This document shows positions 30,603-41,276 of a stretch of DNA of 64,000 nt, one piece after another. The DNA is from an uncultured Planctomycetota bacterium (GTDB lineage: Bacteria; Planctomycetota; Planctomycetia; Isosphaerales; Isosphaeraceae). The position numbers and the translations under genes are program-made. Position 1 is the stretch's first letter; each line of letters begins with the position of its first letter. The DNA is taken from assembly GCA_963737655.1 (NCBI GenBank), contig CAVTTN010000002.1:3456001-3520000 (forward strand). Direction: 5' to 3'. Under the pieces are notes generated by a model. That model searched no databases. It was given only the letters and a program-made list of their open reading frames with translations, and was not told the origin of the DNA.

Positions 30603-31877
30603 ATGATCGACCCGACCGCCGACCGCAACCTGATCGAGGGGACCGCCCCGGCCTCGGGCGACGAGTATTCGATCTCCGTGGCCTCCCGGGTCCGCAACCT
30701 CCCGCCGTACCTGTTTGGCAAGATCAACGACCTGAAACAGAGGATGCGACGGGCCGGCCACGACGTGATCGACCTGGGGATGGGCAATCCGACCGACCCA
30801 CCTCACCCCACCATCATCGACAAGCTCTGCGAGGCCGCCCGGGACGACCGGAACCACCGCTACAGCGTGGCCGCCGGGGTCCTGAACCTCCGCCGCGAGG
30901 TCGCCAAGCGGTACGAGGCTCGGTTCGGGGCCTCGCTCGACCCCGACTCGGAGATCGTCGCGACGATCGGGTCGAAGGAGGGGTTCAGCCACATGTGCCT
31001 GGCCCTCCTCGGACCCGGAGACACCGCCTTGGTACCGGCGCCGACGTTCCCGATCCACGTCCACGCCATCGCCCTGGCCGACGCCAACGCCGTCGCCCTG
31101 GACGTCCGCGATTCCGACGCCTTCCTCGCCAACGTCGCCCGGATGTGCGAGAGCCTGTTCCCGAAGCCGAAGGTGCTCGTCCTGAACTACCCGCACAACC
31201 CCACGGGGAAGGTCGTCGATCGGGCGTTCTTCGAGGAAATCGTGAAGCTGGCCAGGCGATTCGGCTTCCTCGTGGTCCACGACTTCGCCTATGGCGACGT
31301 GAGCTTCGACGGCCACGAGGCGCCGAGCTTCCTCTCGGTGCCCGGCGCGAAGGAGGTGGGCGTCGAGTTCACGACGATGTCCAAGGGGTACAACATGGCG
31401 GGCTGGCGAGTGGGTTTCGCCGCCGGGCATCGCGAGATCATCCGGGCCCTGAAGACGATCAAGGGCTACTACGACTACGGGCTATTCCAGGCCGTCCAGA
31501 TCGCGGCGATCGTGGCCCTGAGGCACGGCGAGGACGCGAGGAAGGCCCAGGTGGCCGAATATCAGATGCGCCGGGACGTCCTGGTGGAGGGCCTCCACCG
31601 GATCGGCTGGGACGTGGAGACGCCCAGGGCCGGGATGTTCGCCTGGGCGAAGATCCCCGAGCCGTGGTCCTCCGCGATGGGCTCGATCGACTTCGCAATG
31701 AAGCTCCTGGAAGAGGCGGAGGTGGCGGTCAGCCCCGGTCGGGGGTTCGGCGAGCTGGGGGAGGGGTATCTGCGGCTCGCCCTGGTCGAGAACGACCAGA
31801 GGCTCCGCCAGGCGGTCCGTCAGATCGCCCGGGTCGGGAAACCGGACGGGAATCCCGGCCTCCGGGACCCCGCTTGA
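30603..31877 (+). CDS. Class I/II PLP aminotransferase (AlaC / LL-DAP aminotransferase-like)
   Basis: [43 protein letters not shown]. Confidence 0.93.
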   Translation: MIDPTADRNLIEGTAPASGDEYSISVASRVRNLPPYLFGKINDLKQRMRRAGHDVIDLGMGNPTDPPHPTIIDKLCEAARDDRNHRYSVAAGVLNLRREVAKRYEARFGASLDPDSEIVATIGSKEGFSHMCLALLGPGDTALVPAPTFPIHVHAIALADANAVALDVRDSDAFLANVARMCESLFPKPKVLVLNYPHNPTGKVVDRAFFEEIVKLARRFGFLVVHDFAYGDVSFDGHEAPSFLSVPGAKEVGVEFTTMSKGYNMAGWRVGFAAGHREIIRALKTIKGYYDYGLFQAVQIAAIVALRHGEDARKAQVAEYQMRRDVLVEGLHRIGWDVETPRAGMFAWAKIPEPWSSAMGSIDFAMKLLEEAEVAVSPGRGFGELGEGYLRLALVENDQRLRQAVRQIARVGKPDGNPGLRDPA

Positions 31878-31967
31878 CTCTGGCCGAAGGTCCCGATCTC
31901 CCGTATGTTCATCAGGATGGGCCGCCGGAGCCCTCTTGAACAGGGGCGGGACGTCGGAGGCGGGGCG

Positions 31968-33519
31968 ATGGACGACGGCTTGACCCGGGCTCTCGTGCAG
32001 CTCGCCTCGGCGATCGCCCGCCGCCTCGGCTCGGCGATCGCCGAGGACCCCGAGCTCCGAGAGGGGGTGCGGGCCCTGCTGGTGGCCCTGGGCGAACCGG
32101 GTCCGGTCTCGCCGGCGATCGTTCCGGCGGAGGTCCCGGTGCCGTCGCCTCCGCCGATCGCGGTCCCGGTGGATCGCTCTTCGGAATCGGCGGCTCCCGA
32201 AGCCCCGAGGGCCGTCGCGGTCCCCCTGCCCGAGCTGACGTTGGGCCGCACCCGGCCCTCGCCGGTCGAGCCGGCGCCGGCATCGCCCGAGAGGCCCTCG
32301 GCGCCCGATGCCGAGCTGCCGACGATCGAAGCCCACCTTCGCCTGAAGGCCGACGGCGCCCGGTGGGCCGCCAACCGCCGTCGCCTGATGGACCGCAAGG
32401 CCGATTTCCGGGAGGAGATCGCCCCGAACGACCGGGCCCTGAGCGATCGGAGCCGGGCACTGCCGGATTGCCACCTCTGGATGAACACGGCCAGCGCCCC
32501 GAGCCCGTCGACCCCTCGCGATGGGATGAGGTGGCCTCCGGCTTCGACACGGCCGCCGAGGGCGTGGCCCTGATCCGCGCCATGCTCGCCGACCCGACCC
32601 GAGATCGCGACGACTTCGCCCATGCCCTGGACCTCCTGGCCGAGCGCAATCGGCCGTCCGGGCCGTGGTCGATCGCGTGGGAGGCTCGCCCGACCCGGAC
32701 CAGTATCGCGCCTACGAGTGGCTCCGGGGCGCCGCGTGGCGAGAGCAGCACTTCATCCGCCGGTTCATGAAGCTGGACGACCCCGCCGACCCCTCGCGAT
32801 TGCCCCGCCTCGCCGCCGAGATCAAGGCCCTGGCCGAGCGCCGGGACCAGGCCGTGCTGAAGGCCAAGAAGAAGAAACAAAGGCTCCGCCAGCTCGATTA
32901 CCACGCCGGGCTGATCGCTCGGGGGTCCGACCCGCTGTACAACTGGGTGAAGGTGGCCGAGGCGGCCGGGGCCCTGGTCGGCGAGGGCGTTCCGCCCAGC
33001 GCGCCGGAGCTCCGCGAGCCTCTCCTGCCGATCATCGGCGACCTGCCCGACCTCGGCGAGCTGCCCGACGGGTTCGCCCGGATCCTCCGCGAGGTCGATC
33101 GATTCCTCGCGACTCGCCCCGCCTCGGCCGAGCCGACCCGGGACGCCGAGCCCTCGCCCGAAGTCCGCGAGGCCGCCGAGCTTCTCGCCGGCCGGTGCGT
33201 CGTCCTGATCGGCGGGGAGCCCCGTCCCGGGGCCCACGAGGCCCTGAAAGCCGCGTTTCGCCTCGATGACCTGGTCTGGGTCGGCACCCGCATCCATCAG
33301 TCGATCGAGGGGTTCGAGTCGATCGTCGCCCGGCCCGAAGTGGCCCTGGTCCTCCTGGCGATCCGCTGGTCGAGCCACTCGTTCGGCGACGTGAAGCGGT
33401 TTTGCGACCGGAATCAGAAGCCCCTGGTGCGCCTCCCCGCGGGATACCACCCGAATCAGGTGGCGACTCAAATCCTCTCGCAATGCAGCGAGCAGCTCCG
33501 CGCCGCCAATGCGTGCTGA
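31968..33519 (+). CDS. Helical hypothetical protein with C-terminal DUF2325-like domain (frameshifts near 32500 and 32650)
   Basis: Three consecutive ORF fragments join; C-terminus VLIGGEPRP...VLLAIRWSSHS...PLVRL is a DUF2325-like pattern. Confidence 0.65.
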
Positions 33520-33668
33520 GGCCGCCCCGAGGTTCGCCGAGGCCCGAGGGATCGTCGCAACCGAACTCCCCACGCGATGGGCCGTCTCGTCCTGCGAATC
33601 CATGGCCTCAAGAGCGGAAAAAATCTCGGAATTCGAGAGAAACACGCGAGAACCGGGGAGCTTCCCTC

Positions 33669-33701
33669 TTGACGGGAACCAATAAATCCTATAGATTTAT
33701 T
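33669..33701 (+). promoter_or_regulatory. sigma-70 promoter overlapped by a perfect palindrome
   Basis: TTGACG-N17-TAGATT; AATAAATC-CTATA-GATTTATT (33681-33701). Confidence 0.7.
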
Positions 33702-33702
33702 T

Positions 33703-33786
33703 GAACGGCTTAATCGGCCGTTCGGCCTCTTCTCTGTTCCGGCGCCAGCGCCCTCGACCTTCGGGTCGGGGGCGTTGGCGTTTTTT
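33703..33786 (+). ncRNA. Candidate small RNA or attenuated leader
   Basis: 5' hairpin, C/U-rich linker, 17-bp terminator stem with a cUUCGg loop and U6. Confidence 0.5.
33743..33786 (+). terminator. Intrinsic terminator
   Basis: CGCCAGCGCCCTCGACC-TTCG-GGTCGGGGGCGTTGGCG-TTTTTT. Confidence 0.85.
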
Positions 33787-33893
33787 CGCTGGCGACCGAT
33801 CTTCTCCCCTTGGCTCGGTCCTCTTGCCAGAACGGCCGGGAATGGCGACACTTCGGCCCGCCCGGGGAGTCCGGGCGGAAACGGAGGTCCGCC

Positions 33894-34907
33894 GTGAAGC
33901 GAAGGACGATGCTCGGCCTGGCCGCCGGCCTGGCGGTCGGCGGGATGTCCAGCCCCCGGGCCGCCGGGGAACCGGGAGGGCCGGGCGAGTCGGTCCTCGT
34001 CGTGGACAGCCTCGCCGGGTCCCTGCTGTTCCTGGAACCGAACAGCCTGGGCCGGACCGCCGAGGTCCGCCTCGGGCCCGGCCCGAGGGAGGTCGCCGTC
34101 TCGGCCGACGGCCTCAAGGCGTTCGTCCCCCTCTTCGGGACCTCCGACATGGGCCCGGGCGGCTTCCCCGGCCACGAGGTGGCCGTGGTGGACGTCCTCC
34201 GCAAGAGGCTCGCCGGTCGGATCTCGGTCCGGCCGTTCGCCGGCCCCCACGGGATCGCCATCGACCGCCAGGGGATGCTCTGGGTCACCTGCGGGGCGGA
34301 GGGAAGCCTCCTGGTGATCGACCCGGCGAAAAAGGCCGTGGTCCAGGCCGTCCCGGTCGGCGTGAAGGGGCCCCACCGGGTGGCGCTCTCGCCCGATGGC
34401 GCGAAGCTGTTCGCCGCCAACGGCGCCGGGTCGGTGATCTCGGTGGTGGACGTCGCCTCTCGACGGCTGGCCAAGGATATCCGCGTGCCCTCGGGTATCC
34501 TGGACCTGGCGATCTCGCCCGACGGCTCGATGCTCTTCGCTACCGACCTGAACCGGCCGTCTCTCTGGGCCATCGACGCGAAGGAAGATCGGCTGGTCCG
34601 CGAATTTACCCTCGACGAGCCGGCCGGGCGTCTCCGGGTCACGCCCGACGGCCGGGCCGTTTTGCTGACCCTGCCCGACTCGGGAGGCCTGGCGAAGCTG
34701 GACGTGACGACGCTCCGCCGGCTGGGGACGCTGCGAATCGGCCGGTTCCCCTCGGGCTTCGCGTTTTCGAGGGACGGCGCCTGGGCGTTTGTCGCGAGCC
34801 TCGGCTCCGGGACGATCACCGCGTTCGACCCGGTCTCCCTGCGAGTCCGAAAGACCGCGACGGCCGGCAAGGGGCCCGACGGCCTGGCGATCGTCGGCCC
34901 TCGCTGA
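33894..34907 (+). CDS. YncE/YVTN-type beta-propeller protein with Tat-like signal
   Basis: [12 protein letters not shown]; repeats [30 protein letters not shown]. Confidence 0.85.
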   Translation: MKRRTMLGLAAGLAVGGMSSPRAAGEPGGPGESVLVVDSLAGSLLFLEPNSLGRTAEVRLGPGPREVAVSADGLKAFVPLFGTSDMGPGGFPGHEVAVVDVLRKRLAGRISVRPFAGPHGIAIDRQGMLWVTCGAEGSLLVIDPAKKAVVQAVPVGVKGPHRVALSPDGAKLFAANGAGSVISVVDVASRRLAKDIRVPSGILDLAISPDGSMLFATDLNRPSLWAIDAKEDRLVREFTLDEPAGRLRVTPDGRAVLLTLPDSGGLAKLDVTTLRRLGTLRIGRFPSGFAFSRDGAWAFVASLGSGTITAFDPVSLRVRKTATAGKGPDGLAIVGPR

Positions 34908-34969
34908 GCCGGGCCGGGCCGGGCCGTTGTGTCCGGGGCGTCCAGGGACGATAGTACAGGGGCCCTCCC

Positions 34970-37708
34970 ATGACGGGAGGGGCCCCGATCGACCCGAGGA
35001 CCCGAACCGTGCCCCTTCGCGACCAGACCGCCGAGGGTCGCCGACTGGCCGACAGCGTCGCCCGTCTGGCCGACTGGAAACACTGGGGGCCCTACGTGGC
35101 CGAGCGGGCCTGGGGGACGGTCCGCGAGGACTATTCTCCCGACGGCGAGGCCTGGCACTTCTTCCCCCACGACCAGGCCCGGAGCCGCGTCTATCGCTGG
35201 AACGAGGACGGCCTGGGCGGCTTCTGCAACCGCTTCCAGAACCTCTGCCTCGGCCTGGCCCTCTGGAATGAGCGCGACCCGATCCTCAAGGAGCGCCTCT
35301 TCGGCCTCTCCGGCCCGGAGGGGAACCACGGCGAGGACGTCAAGGAGTATTATCGCTACCTCGACGCCTCGCCGACCCACTCCTACATGAAAATGCTCTA
35401 CAAGTATCCCCAGGTGGAGTACCCCTATCAGAGGCTGATCGACGAATCGGCCCGGAGGGGACGCCGAGACCCCGAGTTCGAGCTGATCGACGCGATCGGC
35501 GACGCCTTCATCGCCGGTCAGTACTTCGACGTCTTCATCGAATACGCCAAGGCCGGCCCCGAGGACATCCTGGGCCGGATCACGGCGATCAACCGGGGCC
35601 CGGAGCCGGCCCCTCTCCACGTCCTGCCCCACGTCTGGTACCGCAACACCTGGTCCTGGGGCCACGACCCCCGCAAGCCCGAGCTGGCCGCCGACGGTCG
35701 ATCGGCGATCCGCACGGACCATCGCCACATCGGCCCCCGCTGGCTCTATCTCGACGACGGGCCCGAGGACCTCCTGTTCACCGACAACGAGACCAATCGC
35801 GAGAGGCTCCACGGCCTCCCCAACCCGTCGCCGTTCGTCAAGGACGGCATCCACGAGGCTGTGGTCCGTCGAAAGATGGAGAAGGTGAACCCGAAACGGA
35901 TCGGGACCAAGGCCGCGGCCCATTATCGGGCGAGGGTCGCCCCGGGGGCCGCGTTCGAGGTCCGATTCCGGTTCGTCGATCGCCCGATGGACCGGCCGTT
36001 CGGCGACTTCGAGGACGTGTTCGCGACGAGGATCGCCGAGGCCGACGAATTCCACGAGGCGATCCAGGGCCCCGGCCTCTCCGACGACGAAAGGCTCGTC
36101 CAGAGGCAGGCGCTGGCGGGCCTCTTGTGGTCGAAGCAGTTCTACCACTACAGCCAGGAGCTCTGGGCGGCCGGAGACCCGGCGTTCCCCCCTCCCCCGA
36201 AGGGCCGAGGCCGGGGCCGCAACGCCGGCTGGGGGCACTTCTACGCCCTGGACGTGTTGAGCGTCCCGGACAAGTGGGAATATCCCTGGTTCGCGGCCTG
36301 GGACACCGCGTTCCACTGCATCCCCCTGGCGATGGTCGATCCGGAGTGGTCCAAACGGCAGATCCTCCTGATGCTCCGCGAGTGGTACATGCACCCCAAC
36401 GGCCAGCTCTCGGCCTACGAGTGGGACTTTTCCGACGTGAACCCGCCGGTCCACGCGATGGCGGCGCGCCGGGTCTACGAGATGACCCGGGATGACAAGG
36501 GCCGGGGCGACGTCGATTTCCTCGAAGAAGTCTTCCACAAGCTCCTGCTGAACTTCACCTGGTGGGTGAACCGCAAGGACGCCGAAGGGCGAAACGCCTT
36601 CCAGGGCGGATTCCTGGGGCTGGACAACATCGGCGTGTTCGACCGCAGCAAGCCCCAGGGGCTGCCCGAAGGGGCCCGTCTCGAACAGGCCGACGGCACG
36701 GCGTGGATGGGGATGTTCTGCCTCGACATGCTGGCCATCGCCCTGGAGCTCTCGAAGTACCGCAAGGCGTACCAGGCCACCGCGACGAAGTTCTTCGAGC
36801 ACTTCGTGGCCATCGGCCACGCGATCAACGGCATCGGCGAGCAGACGGGGATGTGGGACGACGGCGACGGGTTCTATCACGACGTGATCCGCCACGCCGA
36901 CGGCTCGCTCGACCCGATCCGCCTGAAGTCGTTCGTGGGCCTGGTCCCCCTGTTCGCGGCCCTGCCGATCGAGCCCGGCCTGCCCGAACGCCTCCCGGAT
37001 TTCTGGAGGCGCGTCCAGTGGTATCAAAAATACCGGCCCATCCTCGAGGAGAACGCGAGGATGATGAGCGAGGTCGGCCCGGGGGGGAGCCGCCTGCTGT
37101 CGCTGGTCGATCCGGCGAAGCTCCGCGCCGTCCTGTCCCGGATGCTCGACCCCCGATGCTTCCTGTCCGAGTTCGGCCTCCGCTCGCTCTCCCGGGAGCA
37201 CGCCGACCGCCCGTTCGCCTGCAACGGCCAGTTCGTCAGCTACGAGCCGGCCGAGTCGGCCAGCCCGATCTACGGAGGGAACTCCAACTGGAGGGGGCCG
37301 GTCTGGTTCCCGGTCAACTTCCTGATGGTCGACGCCCTGCGATCCTATCACGCCTACTTCGGCGACTCCTTCCGGGTCGAGCTCCCGGCCGGATCGGGCC
37401 GGATGGCCACCCTGGGCGAGGCGTCGGACGACCTTTCCCGGCGCCTCCAGGCCATTTTCCTCCGGGACGAGGCGACCGGACGCCGAGCGGTCTTCGGCGG
37501 CAACGCCCTGTTCCAGGAAAGCTCCCTCTGGAAGGATTACGTCCCGTTCTACGAATACTTCCACGGCGAGATCGGCTGCGGACTGGGGGCCAGCCACCAG
37601 ACGGGCTGGACGGCCCTCGTGGCCGACCTGATCCGGCGGTCCCCTCGAAGGCCCGAATCGCCCCCGCCGGTCGAGTCTCCCCGACGCCCGGCGGCCGTCC
37701 AGGGCTGA
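34970..37708 (+). CDS. GH63/MGH1-like glycoside hydrolase
   Basis: [55 protein letters not shown]. Confidence 0.92.
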   Translation: MTGGAPIDPRTRTVPLRDQTAEGRRLADSVARLADWKHWGPYVAERAWGTVREDYSPDGEAWHFFPHDQARSRVYRWNEDGLGGFCNRFQNLCLGLALWNERDPILKERLFGLSGPEGNHGEDVKEYYRYLDASPTHSYMKMLYKYPQVEYPYQRLIDESARRGRRDPEFELIDAIGDAFIAGQYFDVFIEYAKAGPEDILGRITAINRGPEPAPLHVLPHVWYRNTWSWGHDPRKPELAADGRSAIRTDHRHIGPRWLYLDDGPEDLLFTDNETNRERLHGLPNPSPFVKDGIHEAVVRRKMEKVNPKRIGTKAAAHYRARVAPGAAFEVRFRFVDRPMDRPFGDFEDVFATRIAEADEFHEAIQGPGLSDDERLVQRQALAGLLWSKQFYHYSQELWAAGDPAFPPPPKGRGRGRNAGWGHFYALDVLSVPDKWEYPWFAAWDTAFHCIPLAMVDPEWSKRQILLMLREWYMHPNGQLSAYEWDFSDVNPPVHAMAARRVYEMTRDDKGRGDVDFLEEVFHKLLLNFTWWVNRKDAEGRNAFQGGFLGLDNIGVFDRSKPQGLPEGARLEQADGTAWMGMFCLDMLAIALELSKYRKAYQATATKFFEHFVAIGHAINGIGEQTGMWDDGDGFYHDVIRHADGSLDPIRLKSFVGLVPLFAALPIEPGLPERLPDFWRRVQWYQKYRPILEENARMMSEVGPGGSRLLSLVDPAKLRAVLSRMLDPRCFLSEFGLRSLSREHADRPFACNGQFVSYEPAESASPIYGGNSNWRGPVWFPVNFLMVDALRSYHAYFGDSFRVELPAGSGRMATLGEASDDLSRRLQAIFLRDEATGRRAVFGGNALFQESSLWKDYVPFYEYFHGEIGCGLGASHQTGWTALVADLIRRSPRRPESPPPVESPRRPAAVQG

Positions 37709-37714
37709 ACGCTG

Positions 37715-38395
37715 ATGGCCATCTGGGCGATTTCCGACCTCCACCTCTCGTTCGCGCGGGACGACCCCCGCGAACGCTTCGCCGGCCGGTGGAAGGACCA
37801 CGCCGAGACGATCGGCCGGAACTGGCGGGAGGCCGTCGGCCGTGACGACCTGGTCCTGGTCCCCGGAGACGTCTCGATGGCGAGGAACCATCGCGAGGTC
37901 CAGCCCGACCTGGCCTGGCTCGACCGCCTCCCGGGGATCAAGGTGCTCTCGCCCGGAAACCATGACGTCTGGTTCAACGCGGTCGCCAAGGTCCGGCCGA
38001 TCCTCCGCAAGACGCTCCGGGCCGTCGGCGGGGATGCGATCGAAGTCCCCGGCGCGATCATCTGCGGGACGAGGGGCGCGGCCCCGGACGACGATCCGGC
38101 CTTGCCCCGAGAGCTCGCCGCCCTGGATCGCGGCCTCGCCGGGGCGGTCGCGCTCCGAGACGGCCGGGACCTGCCCATCCTGGTCCTCTGGCACTACCCG
38201 CCGTTCGATCCCCACGGCTCGCCGGGCCCGGCCGTCTCGAAGATCGAATCCGCCGGTGCCTCGGCCTGCGTGTACGGCCACCTCCACGCCCTGGGCCAGT
38301 GGTCGAGGGCCGTCCAGGGGGTCGTCCGCGGGGTCCGCTATCACTGCGTGGCCGCCGACGCCGTCGGGTTCCGTCCCCTGGCCATCCGAGTCTGA
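37715..38395 (+). CDS. Calcineurin-like metallophosphoesterase
   Basis: SDLH, PGDVS, GNHD, HYPP, YGHLH. Confidence 0.93.
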   Translation: MAIWAISDLHLSFARDDPRERFAGRWKDHAETIGRNWREAVGRDDLVLVPGDVSMARNHREVQPDLAWLDRLPGIKVLSPGNHDVWFNAVAKVRPILRKTLRAVGGDAIEVPGAIICGTRGAAPDDDPALPRELAALDRGLAGAVALRDGRDLPILVLWHYPPFDPHGSPGPAVSKIESAGASACVYGHLHALGQWSRAVQGVVRGVRYHCVAADAVGFRPLAIRV

Positions 38396-38644
38396 ACGGA
38401 AGCTCAGGCCACAAGTCCGACCCTCGCCGCTTGCGAGGCTTGCCCGTCAAAATCCGAACAAATTCGCTCCCCGACGCGTTTTCCCGGGCCGGCTCGGCCG
38501 TCGATCTGGCAAAATGGTAAAGCCAGGAGAAATGACAGGGCATGCACGAGAGGGGGCCTTGTCCTGCTATTGCACGCATGATAGCATTTCGAGGCCAGAA
38601 GGACGATCGTCATCGCAACCGGGACTTCGAGGAGCTCTCCATCC

Positions 38645-40771
38645 ATGAATCCTGCCCAAGATCCGCGGCCGGGCCGGCCAAGAACGAGGACGTCCTCCTG
38701 GACGCCCCGGGCGGAGGCCCTGGAGGCCCGCGCCCTCCTCAACGGCGGGGGCTTCGACCCCAGCTTCGGCACCGACGGCCGGGTCTCGGTCCCGTTCGAC
38801 GTGGGACCGCCGAGCTTCACGTTCAACGGCGGGAGCACGGCCAACGCCGAGGTGATCCAGCCCGACGGCAAGATCCTCCTCTTCGGCACGGCCTCGACGA
38901 TCACCACGCTGACCCTGGGAGGCTCCCAGGGCGTTTTTGCCGTGGCCCGGTTGAACGCCGACGGCACTCCCGATAATACCTTCGGCACCGGCGGACGGGT
39001 CACCGTGCCGTTCCCCAATTCGGCCCACGGGACGGCGATCGCCTTGCAGAGCGATGGCAAGATCGTCCTGGCCGGTTACGACGGCCTGGCCTCGGCCTCT
39101 CCGCAGTTCTTCCAGCCCAACAAGTTCGCGGTGGCCCGGCTCAACGCCGACGGCTCGCTCGACACGACGTTCGCCGGGACGGGCACCGAGGAGTTCGCCG
39201 TCGGCGCCTCCAGCCTGGGCGACACGGCGGGCGGCGTCGTCGTCCAGCCCGACGGCAAGATCGTCCTGGCCGGCACCGAGGTCGTCGGCTCCGAGCAGGA
39301 TTTCGCCTTCGCCCGCCTCAATTCCGACGGCTCGTTCGACACCGGGTTCGGCGCGGGGGGTAACGGCAAGCTGCTGGTCCCGGTGGGCCCGACGGGGGCC
39401 TCGTTCGCCGGGGCCAACGCCGTGATCCTCGAAGGGACGAAGATCCTCGCCGCCGGCTCCGCCGCGACGACCGCCGACCCCTCGCGAAGCCAGGTCGCCT
39501 TCGCCCTGGTCCGCCTGAACCCCGACGGCTCGCCGGATACGACCTTCGGGGCGAACAAGGACGGCACGTCCACGATCGCCTTCAACACGGCGTATTCCAG
39601 CACGACCGGCAAGACCAACAGCCCCGGTTACGACGTCGCCAACGCCGTGACCCTGGACGCCTCGGGCCTGATCCTGGTGGCCGGCAAGGTCCAGTCCTAT
39701 AACGGGACGAACGATCCCAGCGTGTTCGACTTCGGGGTCGCCCGTCTGAATTCCGACGGCTCTCCCGATGGGAACTTCGGGGCCCGCAAGGACGGGACGG
39801 TCAACGTCCAGTTCCAGTACCTGGGCGTCCCGATCGCCTCGGCCAACTCGGTCCTCGTCCAGCCCGACGGCAAGGTGGTGCTCGTCGGGACGGCGGCCAA
39901 CACGACGCAGACGACCAGCTACAGCCAGTTCCAGGGCTTGCAGAGCAGCTCGCCGGTGACGAACGTCCTGGCGCTGGCCCGGCTGAACACCGACGGGTCG
40001 CCGGACACCACGTTCGGGACCGGAGGCCAGGTCGGATCGGCCTTCAACCTGCTGCCGAAGGCCAACTCGGGCCTGAACGCCGCGGCCCTGGATGCCTCCG
40101 GGAAGATCGTGGCGGCCGGCTCCGCGACCACGGACGTGGCCGGGGCCGCCCCCTCCGGCAACGAGATGGCGGCGGTTCGGATCCTGCCGGAAACCCCGAC
40201 GCCAACCCCGCCGCCTCCTCCGCCCCCGCCTCCTCCGCCGCCCCCGCCTCCGCCGCCGCCGCCGCCTCCTCCGCCGCCGCCGCCCCCTCCCCCTCCTCCG
40301 CCGCCGCCCCCTTCTCCGCCTCCGGCCACCATTCAGGCCGGGGTCCCCGAGAGCAAGTCCGGGATCGCCTCGGGCTTTCGCGTGTACTTCTCGTCCGCCC
40401 TGACGACGGCCTCGGCCCAGGACGTCTCGGCGTATCAGGTCATCCTGGCCGGGCCCGATCGCCGATTCGGGACGAAGGATGACCGCTCGGTGCCGATCAC
40501 CTCGGTGACCTATGACGCCGGGGCGTTGTCGGTGGCCCTTCACCTGAAGAAGAAGGTCAATCTTCACCAGCCGGTGGAGCTGATCGTCAACGGCTCCACG
40601 CTCGTGGACACCAACGGCAATCACCCGATCGGCTCGAACGGCCAGGCCGGCTCGACGTTCACCCAACTCTTCGGCCCGGCGCCCCGAGGTGCCAGCACCG
40701 CCCAGGTCCTTGCGGTCCATCCTCAAGGCCCGCGGGTCCGACCTCGAGCCCACCCCAATCGCCGACGGTGA
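38645..40771 (+). CDS. Secreted delta-60 repeat protein with poly-Pro linker
   Basis: LEARALL motif; repeated QPDGKI...ARLNADGSLDTTFG; 35 consecutive Pro. Confidence 0.9.
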   Translation: MNPAQDPRPGRPRTRTSSWTPRAEALEARALLNGGGFDPSFGTDGRVSVPFDVGPPSFTFNGGSTANAEVIQPDGKILLFGTASTITTLTLGGSQGVFAVARLNADGTPDNTFGTGGRVTVPFPNSAHGTAIALQSDGKIVLAGYDGLASASPQFFQPNKFAVARLNADGSLDTTFAGTGTEEFAVGASSLGDTAGGVVVQPDGKIVLAGTEVVGSEQDFAFARLNSDGSFDTGFGAGGNGKLLVPVGPTGASFAGANAVILEGTKILAAGSAATTADPSRSQVAFALVRLNPDGSPDTTFGANKDGTSTIAFNTAYSSTTGKTNSPGYDVANAVTLDASGLILVAGKVQSYNGTNDPSVFDFGVARLNSDGSPDGNFGARKDGTVNVQFQYLGVPIASANSVLVQPDGKVVLVGTAANTTQTTSYSQFQGLQSSSPVTNVLALARLNTDGSPDTTFGTGGQVGSAFNLLPKANSGLNAAALDASGKIVAAGSATTDVAGAAPSGNEMAAVRILPETPTPTPPPPPPPPPPPPPPPPPPPPPPPPPPPPPPPPPPPSPPPATIQAGVPESKSGIASGFRVYFSSALTTASAQDVSAYQVILAGPDRRFGTKDDRSVPITSVTYDAGALSVALHLKKKVNLHQPVELIVNGSTLVDTNGNHPIGSNGQAGSTFTQLFGPAPRGASTAQVLAVHPQGPRVRPRAHPNRRR
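40208..40324 (+). repeat. CCN trinucleotide tract encoding P35-S-P3
   Basis: Mixed CCG/CCT/CCC codons in frame. Confidence 0.9.
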
Positions 40772-40981
40772 GCGGGTGGCGTTCGCCGAAAGCCTCGTCA
40801 GCCGCCCGCCCATCAGGGCGGCTGACACTTCGACTTCCCCTTTTTTCAGGCCGCAGACCGGATCGGCGGTCGAGTTGACAGGCCCGCCCCGGGCCCCAAC
40901 CGGCCGCCGCCGGCTTTTTCATGTCGCAAGTTTCTTTCAAGAAAGGGTTTACGAGGCAAAACAGGAGTCAATGAAGTGCAA

Positions 40982-40997
40982 TGGCACGCCGGGTGCT
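40982..40997 (+). promoter_or_regulatory. sigma-54 promoter upstream of csrA
   Basis: TGGCACG-CCGG-GTGCT preceded by an A/T-rich tract. Confidence 0.65.
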
Positions 40998-41067
40998 TTA
41001 CCCAGGCTGCGACGGGGCACGAAAGACCGGCCCTTCGACTGACATCGAGACGCCAAAGGACACAACG

Positions 41068-41256
41068 ATGCTCGTTCTCAGCAGGAAGCTCGGGGAGAAG
41101 ATTGTCATCGGCGACAACATCGTGCTGACGGTCGTGAAGATCGATCGGAACCAGGTTCGCCTGGGGATCGAGGCGCCCGGCGACGTCCCGGTGTTCCGCG
41201 AGGAGATCCTCCCGGGGCGAGTCGCCTCGGCCGAAGACGCGATCCTCTCCCGCTAA
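41068..41256 (+). CDS. csrA: Carbon storage regulator
   Basis: MLVLSRKLGEKIVIGDNI...VRLGIEAPGDVPVFREEI. Confidence 0.96.
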   Translation: MLVLSRKLGEKIVIGDNIVLTVVKIDRNQVRLGIEAPGDVPVFREEILPGRVASAEDAILSR

Positions 41257-41276
41257 TCGAGCGAGGATCGGCGGGA

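Noticed and set aside
33710..38344. Very long antisense ORFs (e.g. 1544 aa here, also 13711..16674 and 42344..45310)
   Set aside because: Shadow ORFs expected opposite real genes at about 70% GC; no recognisable motifs.
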